From Eledone cirrhosa (lineage: Eukaryota): a stretch of 64,000 nucleotides of DNA. Of the stretch, positions 44,669-56,854 are shown piece after piece. The position numbers and the translations under genes are program-made. The DNA lies in the NCBI GenBank assembly GCA_964016885.1, contig OZ024745.1, positions 53,816,001 through 53,880,000 of the forward strand, read 5' to 3'. The notes beneath the pieces were generated by a model that was not told the origin of the DNA, made no database searches, and was given only the letters and a program-made list of their open reading frames with translations. Positions within the stretch are counted from its first letter, which is position 1. Every line of letters starts with the position of its first letter.

Positions 44669-46096
44669 CATCATCATCATCACCGTTTTACGTCCGTTCT
44701 TCCACGCTAGCATGGGTTAGACGGGCTGTCCTGTTGTGGGCAGTGTCTGGTCGGCTGATCATGCCTTGCTCATACAGGAACTGATTTGGCTTGATTTCTA
44801 CAGCCGGATGCCCTTCCTAACACCAACCTCATTTACACTTTACAGTGTGGGCTGGGTGCTTTTTTGCCGTGGCACCTCCACGATCACCTTACAGTGGGGT
44901 GTGTGGGGGGCATATTGTCTATATGCTCAGCTTGTACCCATGGGAGGTTGGGTACTCTGTATTACTGCGTGACGCCAGAGGTCACGGTTGTGTGTCATCG
45001 CCATTGAGAGGTGTAATTGGGTAAGGTTGGCTTTTATCACCTCATCCCAGGTCATCTTGGGTCTCCCCACTCCGCGATTTCCATCGACTTCTAGTGCTCT
45101 GCACCTTTTTATGCAGCTGTCATCCTTCATACGCATCACATGTCCATACCAACGCAACCGCCTCTCTTGCACACAGCATTTGATTCCTCTTATGCTCAGT
45201 CTCTCTCTCAATTCATTTATGCTTTGTCGGTCGCGTATATTACTTTTACACATCCATCGGAGCATGCAGGCTTCGTTTCTCTCTAATCTACGTAAGTCTT
45301 CCACCTTCAGCGCCCAGGTCTCACTACCATGCAACATCGCTGTTCGGATACACGCATCATACAGTCTGCCTTTCATTTTGAGGGAGAAGCCTTTTGCAGC
45401 TAGCAGTGGTAGTAGTTCCCTAAACTTCTTCCATCCCGTTCTTACCCTAGTTATTGTACTTTCTGAACACCCACCTCCGCTGCTAATTCGGTCACCTAGG
45501 TAGCAGAAGCTGTCTACTGTTCTACAGAGCCCTCCCAGAGATTGGTGGTATGTTTCCTGTGGCTGTTTGCTGCTTGCTGTCCCAGCACAGCTGCTGCATG
45601 TGAAGCATACATTCTTAATTAAGCTTCCTGAGATCCCGCTACATCTCTTGTGTACCCATTGTTTGCATTTGGGGCAGAGAATGGAGTTCCTACCTACACC
45701 TTTCCTACATACTGAGCAAGGCCATTTCCCTGAGGGGATCTGGGTTCTGTCTTCTCGTCTACTTACAAGGACCTTAGTCTTTGTTATGTTGACTTTGAGA
45801 CCCTTTCTTTCTAGTCCCTGCTTCCAAGTTTGGAATTTCTTCTCTAGTTCTACCATAGATTCACCTATAAGTGTGAGGTCATCAGCATACAGGAGTTCCC
45901 ATGGGCATCCGGTCTTAAACTCCTCCGTTATTGTCTGCAGGACTATGATGAACAGGAGGGGGCTAAGAACAGAGCCCTGGTGGACCCCAACCTGTACGCT
46001 AAATTCCTTGCTATACTCATTGCTGATCCTAACTTTGCTGACTGCTCCCCTATACATGGCTTGTACAGCTTTCACAAGCCACTCATCTACTCCTAG

Positions 46097-46103
<7 letters not shown>
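44663..46103 (-). mobile_element. 5'-truncated young RTE LINE; open RT C-terminal half (44927-46075) plus 3' UTR and (GAT)n tail
   Basis: GVHQGSVLSPLLF, LLYADDL, FCYLG, LRWYGHVMRM, GRPKMTW; flanked by (TA)n on both sides. Confidence 0.95.
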
Positions 46104-46163
<60 letters not shown>

Positions 46164-46510
46164 GGATAGAACTAGTTTAAAAATAGTTTGATCATTAATA
46201 AACAAAGTATGTGATACTTGGGGTAGTAGAGTATGGCTATATTATAAAAAGTTCGTCCCAACAGCTGAGCTCTTAACATTTCAACAGCTAGTTCTTGTCT
46301 AGAACTAGCTGTTGAAACAGCAAAACAGCAAAAGCTCAGCCATTGGGCCCCAACTCTTTATTATTATATATATATGTATGCAGAAAGCAAATAGAAATAA
46401 CAAAGCAAACAACATAGTACAATGAAGAAATATATCAATAGTTTTATACTTGATATAGTAGGAAAAAAGTCTTAATGTTCTGTACACTTAACATGTATGA
46501 ACACCCATAG

Positions 46511-46680
46511 GTTTTAGGGCCCAGTTATGGCCACCAATGTATAGTGGAGGAGCTGCTTCAATACTAGCCTTTCATCGGGTGCAGGATAAAATTATGTAAT
46601 TTTGTCCTGTGCCCAATGAGAGACCAGTATTGAAGTTGCTCCTCCACTATACATTGGTGGCCATAATTGAACCCTGAAAC
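46511..46680. repeat. About 170-bp near-perfect palindrome (MITE-like)
   Basis: ttatggccaccaatgtatagtggaggagc / gctcctccactatacattggtggccataa, centre aaaattatgtaatttt. Confidence 0.8.
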
Positions 46681-46868
46681 ATAAGTCTGTTAAGAGTATG
46701 AAACTTTATTTGTACTAAACAAGGTCTCTTGCAATATATTTGGCAATGTTTTCCTTGACCTTTTTATTTACAGATATTCTGCACACACACACTCAAGCGT
46801 GAAACTAATATTAACATTTTGTACTGCCTCTTCGCTTCCACGTTGTCGTTTTTTTGTTTACTGTTTCA

Positions 46869-46923
<55 letters not shown>

Positions 46924-47024
46924 TAAATATGTATTAAGAACAAAATGTTCCACATTCAGGTCTTTATTGATGAGGCTCAGTTACAACTGTTTCTCAGATG
47001 GCTGGGTGGCTCAGGATCCATATT

Positions 47025-47121
47025 AATGTTATAGACCTAACTAGCCCCAATCTACTCTTGGTTTTGCCTGACTAACAAGTTTGATGAGCAAATTGGGGCA
47101 GGAGTCAGGTCTATAACACTA
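47025..47121. repeat. Short inverted repeat
   Basis: tgttatagacctaact.gccccaat / attggggc.ggagtcaggtctataaca. Confidence 0.65.
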
Positions 47122-47129
47122 AAAGTTTT

Positions 47130-47570
47130 TCTTCTCAGTACAACTCAAATCCAACTAGTTTACTAGAAAGCAAAATGACCCAATGCAAAAAAGACCTAGA
47201 TGAGACATACACAACTGTTCTTGCAGAGTATGTAGAAAAAAAAAAACAAATTTAAGACCCCCTCATGTAAACAAACAGCATGCAGCCGCATGGGCTGTAG
47301 TCAACAAAATAACTGGCAGAAAAGAGAACCCTTCACCCATCATCAAGGAGGTAGGAAAAAGAGCTGGACTGGGCAAAACATCCCCTGTAGAAGGCAATCA
47401 CCTGAACTTGACATCTCCACTAGACATTTCACTTTGAGTGAGATCAACCAGGTGATCAAAACACTTGAAAACAAAAAATCACCCAGTCTTGTCAACATAC
47501 CCAGTATAATTTGAAAAGAACCAAAACTTACTTCAGTCCTGTTATCAATCTGCAACAATACCTTGTTGCA
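47130..47570 (+). pseudogene. Old non-LTR retrotransposon fragment
   Basis: FTLSEINQVIKTLENKKSPSLVNIPSII*K...LLSICN resembles the pre-RT KSPGPDxIP region. Confidence 0.55.
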
Positions 47571-48457
47571 GTCCTTTGTGAGCTTCAGTGTATTGATATC
47601 CGCTCTAACTACTTCAACCCAGGTCTTCCTTGATCATCTAGGATTATTTGGTATTTCTTCACCCAGCAATCATCATCCATGAGCATCTCATGTCCATATC
47701 ATCGCAGTCTTCTCTCTTGCACACTATATTTGATTCTTCTTATACTCAATTTCTCTCAGTTCAACCATGCTTTATCGCTCTCACACATTTACATTGCACA
47801 TCCATTGAAGCATGCTTGCTTCATTTCCCTCCAGCCTTCATATGTGTTCTACATATTGACTTTCTTAGGCCAGTTGTCCTGAAATCAGGTCAATTGGTTA
47901 AGGTTGTTTTTAATATATATATATACACGTTGTGTATATATATGTGTGTATATATATATATATATATGAATAAATTTAGTCCTTCATCAGTGATCTTTCA
48001 GCCTTCATTGGTATTTCATCGCTTTAAAGACCATATACCTCTGGTTGGTGTGAGCAACGGCTAAAGAAAGTCGTTGGGACACGTAAATAGGGGGAACGAG
48101 TGAGACAGTAAACAACAAAGATGGTAACGCAACGAAAAGTGAGGAAGAAGGAGTCAAGACCCTGAAATCGATGAACATAAGTTCTGTGAAATCGTAGACG
48201 AGAGAAAATAAAGACCATCCGCCGACCTGGTCGAAATGCGAGTGAGGAAAGAATTTCGCACAGGTCAAACAGGAGGAAGTAGCAGAGTGAGTGAAAGTGT
48301 GAGGAAGAGGCTAACAGAGAGAGTGACTGGCAGAGGGGGTAAAAGGAAGTGAGAGATACGGAGAAAGGGGAAGCAGTAAGAAACAAACAGACGGGTCACA
48401 GCGGAGGAAAATATATAAATATATGAAAATATGGCGTGCTGCGTGGTTGCAGATGGG

Positions 48458-48505
<48 letters not shown>

Positions 48506-48570
48506 AAAAAAAACAAGATGGCGTAGGACAGAACAAAGGAGAGGCACAAAAACAAAGAAAAGAATCCCCA

Positions 48571-48618
48571 GTCACTGAAGAGGTCACAGAATGTGTGACG
48601 AAAGAACTTTGCTTTGAC
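48571..48618 (+). ncRNA. Candidate type I hammerhead ribozyme, second family
   Basis: GUCA CUGAAGA g GUCAC-agaaugu-GUGAC GAA AG-aacuuug-CU U / UGAC: 4-bp stem I, 5-bp stem II, 2-bp stem III, all core bases present. Confidence 0.6.
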
Positions 48619-48814
48619 AATATATAAACAATCATCTGGTTGTGGAACCAACCAACTAACCGGAAATTATTAAATTCCTAAATTTATAAATTTATTATAA
48701 TAAATTGAAGTGAAAGCAACTGGTGCGTGTGTTTCTTATTGGCAACATGACCCTCCCAAAGTATAACAATATATATATACACATACACATATATACGTAT
48801 ATACATTCATATAG

Positions 48815-49139
48815 TAATTGGAAAAATTCAGCGCAAGGAAGCTGTTAATGCCATCAATGGTGGTGTCATGCAAAATTACCTCAAAGGATAGAAATCAGTG
48901 GTCAGAAGTATGCTAGAAGTGGTCAGAAGTATGCTAGTGAGACAGAGATAAAATAAATGAAAGAAAATGTAATGTTTGTGAGGTCCCGTCTTATCTAGTT
49001 TATCTCTTTCTTATAATTTCTATCACTTCTGCGAGCAGCAAATCTCTGGCCATTAATTTCTATCCTTTGAGGTAAATTTTGCCCGTCACAGCCGTTGATG
49101 GCGTTAACAACTTCCTTGCGCTGAGTTCTTTCAATTATT
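48815..49139. mobile_element. MITE-like element with about 90-120-bp inverted arms
   Basis: tcagcgcaaggaagctgttaatgccatcaa...cctcaaaggatagaaat / atttctatcctttgagg...ttgatggcgttaacaacttccttgcgctga. Confidence 0.75.
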
Positions 49140-49367
49140 ATATGAATTCTAATACATTCGAATTCCAAACTCGATATTCGAGATACATTTGATTGTATAT
49201 ATACATATATATATATATATAGCAAAGAAAGTGTGGTAAGAAACCAGGTGGACCATAATGCACCAGAGTACTCGATACTTAGGGTATTAGGGTTGGTAAT
49301 AGGAAAAGGTTTGGATCTAGCTGTCGAAACGGCTGGAGCTCAGCCGTCGGGGTCCAGACTCTTTTCC

Positions 49368-49401
<34 letters not shown>

Positions 49402-49405
<4 letters not shown>

Positions 49406-52400
49406 TACCTCCCAAACAACCAACAGTGACTATATAATTATTGCTGGCGACCTAAATGGCCACGTTGGTCAACATTGTGACGGCTATGACGGAATCCACG
49501 GAGGCTATGGGTTTGGTACTAGAAATGAGGAAGGCTCCAGAATCCTGGAATTCTGTGATGCAAATAACCTAACTATCTGTAACACTAACTTCAAAAAACG
49601 AGACAATCACTTGATCACCTACAGATCGGGGGAACATACCAGCCAGGTAGATTATATCCTTACCAGAGGACGTGACAGAGTGTCTGTTGTAAACACAAAA
49701 TCCCTCCCCCATGAAGAATGCACCTCCCAACATAGACTGCTAATTAGCGACCTCATAGTCAGGACGAGACGTACTAGACAACAGAAGAGGACTATCCTCA
49801 GGAGAAAAATATGGAAGTTAAAGGACCCCACAGCCAGAAATAAATTTCAAAGCATGTTACTTGATGCTTTCGACAGTAAGGAAGAGCAATTAGAGTCAGA
49901 TAATATAGAGAAACAGTGGGAATTCCTGAAAGCAAACCTGCTGACGGCGGCAGACGAAGTCTGTGGCTGGAGCAGGCCTGTAGGTAGGAGGAGAGTAACA
50001 TGGTGGTGGAACAGTAAGGTGGAGGAGTCAATTAAGGCCAAAAAGCAGGCTTGGAAAGCATGGCGGGATGGGGGAAGTAGAGAAGACTATCAAGTGGCCA
50101 GGAGGGAAGCTAGGAGACAAGTGTACTTCGCAAGAAGAGAAGCATAGGAAAGAAAGTTCAAGCATGTTCTACAACGTGAGGACCCAAAACATGAGGTGTT
50201 CAGGATTGCTAGGCAATGTGTCAAGGAAAACCGTGATATTGTCGGGGAGAAGTGTGTACTTAATGATGATGGTGTACTTGCCATCACTGATGCTGATAAG
50301 AAGGTACCTTGGAAGTGTCACTACGAAAGGCTTCTAAATGAGGAGAATAAATGGGAGAAAGACAGTCTCCCCCACATCGACCCAATAGAGTGACCGGCAG
50401 TGTTAGTCGAAGGTAGTATAATAAGTAAGGCAATCAAAGATATGAAGATGGGTAAGGCGGCTGGGCCTTCGGAAATAGTTGCTGAGATGCTGAAAGCATC
50501 TGGAACGGTGGGACACACCATGGTCACCCGGATAGTAAACCAAGTCATACAGAATGGGGTTATTCCGAAGGACTGGCGTAGCAGCATCATCATTAACTGT
50601 TACAAGGGTAAAGGAGATGCCCTAGATAGGAGTAACTATAGAGGCATTAAATTAATCGACCAGGTCATGAAGGTCACGGAAAAAGTAATAGCGCAACTAA
50701 TCAGAGAGAGAATTGATCTAGATGAAATGCAGTTCGGTTTTGTGTCAGGCAAAAGTACCACAGACGCTCTTTTCATTGTACGACAACTACAGGAGAAGTA
50801 CCTAGCTAAAAGTAAACCCCTATACTTAGCTTTTGTTGACTTGGAGAAAGCCTTCGACAGAGTCCCCCGTTCCATTATCTGGTGGGCTCTTAGAAAACTA
50901 GGTGTTGACGAATGGCTTGAAAGAGCTATACAAGCCATGTATAAAGAAACAGTCAGCAAGGTTAGAATTAACAACGAATATAGTGAAGAGTTTAGTGTAA
51001 AAGTTGGTGTACATCAGGGCTCTGTTCTTAGCCCCCTACTATTTATTATTGCTCTTCAGGCTATAACAGTGGAGTTCAAGACCGGCTGCCCATAGGAACT
51101 CCTATACGCAGATGATCTAACGCTCATAGCTGAATCAATGGCCGAGCTAGAGAAGAAATTCCAAACATGGAAGCATGGCCTAGAATCAAAAGGGCTTAAA
51201 ATTAACCTGGTTAAGACTAAAGTTCTAGTTTGTAGGAAAGAAAATAAGGCGACGGTCCCTTCCGGGAAATGGCCATGCTCAGTATGTAGGAAAGGCGTAG
51301 GTAGAAACTCCATTTTATGTCCCAAATGCAAAGTATGGGTGCATAAAAGATGTAGTGGGATCACAGGTAAGCTAACTAAGAACATAGATTTTACATGTGG
51401 CCGGTGCTCTGGTGCAATAAGTAGCAGCAAGTTGCTACAAAATACTAGCTATTTCAATTGCGCAGAGGGTTCTATAGAAATAGTGGACAGCTTCCGTTAC
51501 CTGGGTGACAAAATCAGCAGTGGGGGAGGGTGCTCTGAAAGTACAGTAGCTAGAGTCAGAACTGGATGGAAAAAGTTCAGAGAGCTTATACCACTATTAG
51601 CCACTAAAGGGTTCTCCCTAAAAATGAAAGGCAGGTTGTATGATGCCTGCATACGAACAGCAATGTTGCATGGCAGTGAGACCTGGGCATTGTGTGCAGA
51701 GGATATACACAGACTAGAGAGGAACGAAGCTTGCATGCTCCGCTGGATGTGTAATAGTAACATATGTGAACGGCAAAGCATAAGCGAACTAAGGAAAAAA
51801 TTAGAAATAAGAGGGATCAGATGTTGTTTACTCGAGAGAAGGCTACGTTGGTATGGTCACGTGATGCGCATGAAAGACGACAGCTGTATAACAAAGTGCA
51901 GGGCAATAAAGATAGACGGTAGCTACGGAGTAGGCAGACCCAGAAAAACCTGGGACGAGCTGATAAATTCCGACCTTACACACTTACACCTCACCAAGAC
52001 AATGTCACTGGACCGAGATCTTTGGCGGTACTCAGTAATAGAGAAGACCCGCCTTACCTAAATACAAAGTAAAACCTACTACAGTCAGTAGGCATCTCTA
52101 ACAAAATACATCCCCGTCCCACCCACCCCACCCCATCCACACCGCCCCTTTCAATGTAAAGTTATGTTGGTGCCAAAACATCCAGGCCAAAACAAATGAG
52201 ATCGTGTAGGTGTCACGACAAAAAAACACACAGTCCACGCTGTAATGTGGCCGTGTAGGCAACACGGTAAAAACCTCCCAGCCCCACACTGTAAATGTGG
52301 TTGGTGTTAGGAAGGGCATCCAGCTGTAGAAAACCCGCCAGACAGTCCACGCTGTAATGTGGCCATGTAGGCAACACGGTAAAAACCTCCCAGCGCCACA

Positions 52401-52670
52401 CTGTAAATGTGGTTGGTGTTAGGAAGGGCATCCAGCTGTAGAAAACCCGCCAGACAGTCCACGCTGTAATGTGGCCGTGTAGGCAACACGGTAAAAACCT
52501 CCCAGCGCCACACTGTAAATGTGGTTGGTGTTAGGAAGGGCATCCAGCTGTAGAAAACCCGCCAGACAGTCCTATGCGAGCAAGACAACCACTCTTGCCT
52601 CAAGTGGGAAAACCCCCGTCCAAACCCATGCAAGCGTGGAACACGGACGTTAAACGATGATGATGATGAT
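49402..52670 (+). mobile_element. Near-complete RTE LINE (APE endonuclease C-half, RT, 3' UTR), single frame broken by three stops
   Basis: IAGDLNGHVG, SQVDYIL, SQHRLL, QFGF, DLEKAFDRV, GVHQGSVLSP, YADD; ORF pieces all in one frame; ends GGACGTTAAAC(GAT)n. Confidence 0.95.
52231..52566 (+). repeat. Three tandem 112-bp copies within the RTE 3' UTR
   Basis: Unit cagtccacgctgtaatgtgg...gaaaacccgccaga starts at 52231, 52343 and 52455. Confidence 0.92.
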
Positions 52671-52841
52671 ATATATATATCATATTGTAGGCCCCATTCG
52701 GTCACAAATGACCGTGGTTTTACACCTAGAAATTCCTCTCCAGGTCACAAGCCTGTTTGTGGAAGAACAACTTTCACCCATGCATACCAGTCTCCCCTCT
52801 CCTTGCCCCTGATGTTGTTCAAGGGAAAGGCAATACACACA

Positions 52842-52928
<87 letters not shown>

Positions 52929-53431
52929 ACACTCATATATATACTTAACGATGATGTGGCTACAAAAGACAATGTTTTGGTTATTAATTTCTTTACATCA
53001 ATTAAATAATATTTTTTTAAGTAGTGAAAAGATTTAAAATAAAATAATTTAAAAGTTATTTTAGAATGAAAGGGAGAAACTACAATACACAAGCATCTAA
53101 TATATATTTTATGAAAGAAAATATATGGTTTTCAATTATTATAGACAAAGATTATTTGATCAAACAAATATCTTGCAATTTTATTTTTAGTTCGTTTTTC
53201 TTAATTTTTATCTTCTTTCTTTTCTTTTTATTATTAACTTTACATTTATTAACTTAAATCAGTATTGAAAAGCCATTTGAATTTCATAGCTGTTGATCTC
53301 ATCAGAAATATATAATCAAATATCCACTTCCCTCTCTACTTTTTTCTTCTGGATGCAAAGCTCAAATCTGTTTGAACATTTTGTCATAAATATAATATAA
53401 TATAATATATATTATATGTGTGTATGTATAC

Positions 53432-53555
53432 TGGTAAATTGGCAGAATTGTTAGAACATTGTGTTAAAATGCTTTGCAATATTTTTCTGCTCTCAATTCA
53501 AATCTTGACACAGCCAACATTGTTTTTCATCCTTTTGGGGTTGATAAATAAAATA
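53432..53555 (+). mobile_element. Decayed SINE family B copy
   Basis: attggcagaattgttaga...ttttcatccttttggggttgataaa. Confidence 0.55.
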
Positions 53556-54878
53556 CATATCCAGGGCAGAGGATTGGTAGAATTGTTAGAGCATTAGAAT
53601 ATCATACTTTCAGTATCTTTTTCAGCCTTTTATGTTTTGCGTTCACCAATGACAGCACTGATGCCAATATTTATCAGCTTTTGCCCTTCTCTTAGACAGA
53701 ATCAGTGACATAGTAAAGGGAGATTAGCATGCGTGGGTCACTATTGCTCTTCCAGAAAGCATCTTACCCAGATTTGGAACTTTGAGAGGAACTTTCTAAA
53801 GGCAGACTCATGGTCAGCCATATGGAGGTGGGATTGTTTCATAAATCAGTATCATCATCATCATTTAATATCTGCTTTCCTGGTAGTGAGGATTATATTT
53901 ATGTGTGTATGCATATATCATCATCATCATCATTGTTTTTATGCCTGTTTTTCCATGCTTTCATGGGTTGGACTCATGATTTTGGCAGGACTTTTTGGCT
54001 GGATACCCTCCCTATCATCAACCACTTTGCAGTATGGACTGAGCACATTATTCATACCACCAGTACTAAAGAGGTTGTTTTACTAGACTCAAGAGTCTTC
54101 TCAACCTTGTGTCAGTTTTTATTTGGAGTGTCTACTCTCCTAGATGGGTTGCTTTCACTATGGCTTACAGAACCCAATAGATGTTAAATGATGATGATGA
54201 TATAAATATAAATAAATAGTTTCATATATTTTGTTTATTTGTTCCCCATTTCTTTTAATCAGTAAATTTAAGTGATAGAAATGGGAGCAAATCAATTTAT
54301 TCATGATAATTCTAATAAAATCATATACATCTCATAACATGTGCATTAATGTGTAAAAAATGAAAATATCAATAATTTCTGTTTGAAATTCATGTGGTTG
54401 GATTGTTCAAGCGATCCTAAATAATATGATAATGTAATTTCAATGTAATCATACTGCCACAACAAAAAGCACCCAGTTCATCCTGTAAGGTATTTAGCAT
54501 TAAGAAGAGCATTCAACTGTAGAAAACCAAACCAAAAATGGGACATATGTGCAAAAAATAATTACCTGATCTGTGTGGCCTCATCATTTGAGATCCCATT
54601 TAACTCACGCAGGCAAGGAAAATAGACATTAAATACTGATGTTGTTTATACATATATACACACATATACACTCTCTCTCTTACACACACACACACTACAA
54701 AATAAAAAAGAAATTATTCATACACATATTTTCCAAAAATAACCCCTTTCCAAATTCCCAATTGAAAGCCATCACTAATACTATACTTTGTTTTTTTTTT
54801 TATTGCCCACCACAAAAAGACCTGTGACAAACAAACTAAAACACACACACCACAATACAAAAACAAACAAATATGCAT

Positions 54879-55215
54879 ATCATCATCATCATTTTACGTC
54901 CGCTTTTCCCTGTTTGCAAGGGTGGGACGGGAACTGATTCTGGCTTGATTTCTACAGCTGGATGCCCTTCCTAACACCAACCTCATTTACAGTGAGTGCT
55001 GGGTGTTTTTTTGCCGTGGCACCTCTACGACCACTTTGCAGTGGAATGATATGGACTCCAGTCCCTATCATCTCATTTCTACAGCTGAGTAAACTGGAGC
55101 AATGTGAAATAAAGTGTCTTGCTCAAGGAAACAACACATCACCCGGTCTGAGAATTGAACTCACAACCTTTCGATTGCAAGGCCAATGCTCTAACCACTA
55201 AGCCATGTGCCTCCA
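54879..55215 (-). mobile_element. Full-length CORE-type SINE, near-identical to 44281-44620
   Basis: Reverse complement matches over the tRNA head, core and tail. Confidence 0.88.
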
Positions 55216-55395
55216 TTATATATATATATATATATATATATCCCGTCCCACCCTTGCAAGCAGGGAAAAAGCGGACGTAAAATGAAATGATGAAATGAAA
55301 TGATGATGACAATATGCCTAAAAACCCTTTTCTTTTCTTTCTTTCCCCCCAAAACATTTCTCTGACTAAGTTTTGATCCCATCACACTTACAATA

Positions 55396-55459
<64 letters not shown>

Positions 55460-55743
55460 ATGTACCTACACACACACACACATATATATATACTCACACT
55501 CACACATACACATTCATACCCTCTAAAACCATATTCCTAAAATAGAATTTCTTTAATAACCCTATATACCGCTCTCTCCTATAGCAATTGTCTCTAGCTT
55601 ACATTTCCCCCTCTTCGCCACCCCCCATCTGAACTCTTGACCAGTCCTTTAACACAATTGATATACACACACACATATATACAACATATATACAGAAAAA
55701 TTCCTCTCCTTAAAAATAATTTTGTTCTGAGAAAAGACACAAT

Positions 55744-55791
<48 letters not shown>

Positions 55792-56146
55792 CTCTCTCTC
55801 TATATATATATAAGGTTCCATTTTAGACCCAGTCTTCTTCTCAACAAGAAAGATGAACAGACTTTCTTCAACACTTATTTTTAAAATTTTAAATTTTTTA
55901 TTCTTTTTAATTGTAATATTCAACATTTGATAAGATGGATTACACCGATACATCGAAACCGGTAATCTCCTTATAGTATATAACCAGCAATTTCTCTGTC
56001 TGTCTGTCCGACAGTGGAAACACGTGCGCGCGTGCGAATGTTTTTTGCGCACGCGACGCGTAGAGAGAGAGTGAGAGTGAAAGAAAGAGACAGACTACAA
56101 GAGGGGGATAGCGGGAGGGAGAGAGGGGGGAATTGAGGAGTGCTAC

Positions 56147-56299
56147 AGAAACATATATACATTTCTGTGTGTGTGTAATATATATATATATACACACACA
56201 GAAATATATATATATATACACACAGAAATATATATACATTTCTGTGTGTGTAATATATATATATATATACACACAGAAATATATATACATTTCTGTGTG

Positions 56300-56376
<77 letters not shown>

Positions 56377-56600
56377 AATATATATACATTTCTGTGTGTG
56401 TAATATATATATATATATACACACACAGAAATATATATATATTTCCGTGTGTGTATATATATATATATAATATATATTGCACACACAGAAATGTATATAT
56501 ATTTCTGTGTGTATATATATATATATTACACACACAGAAATGTATATATATATACACACAGAAATGTATATATATATACACACAGAAATATATATACATC
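56147..56600. repeat. Minisatellite of self-complementary units ACACAGAAAT-ATATATAC-ATTTCTGTGT
   Basis: Repeated palindromic unit separated by variable (TA)n. Confidence 0.9.
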
Positions 56601-56854
56601 CCTTAGTTACTGTACTGTATCTGTTGCTATCTCTCTCTCTCCAGCTATCCCTCTCTTTTAGTCTGTCTGTTTCTCTCACTCTCACTCTTTCTCTTTGTAA
56701 CACACTAACATTCCTCCCCTCTATCGCTGTGACGAATGGGGAGATGGAGGAGGAGGAGGAGGAGGAGGAGGAGGAGGAGGAGAGAGTCACTTCGTCACTT
56801 CACCTCTGCCTTTCTTTCTCTCCCCTCTCACTCCCTCATTACGTACAGGCATTA

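Noticed and set aside
45567-46163. Antisense ORFs over the RTE copies (also 44988-45503, 50636-50974, 51056-51430)
   Set aside because: Shadow ORFs opposite the RT coding strand
53275-53309. Minus-strand CTGATGA...GAAA with AUUU:AAAU pairing
   Set aside because: No stem II; likely chance in AT-rich DNA
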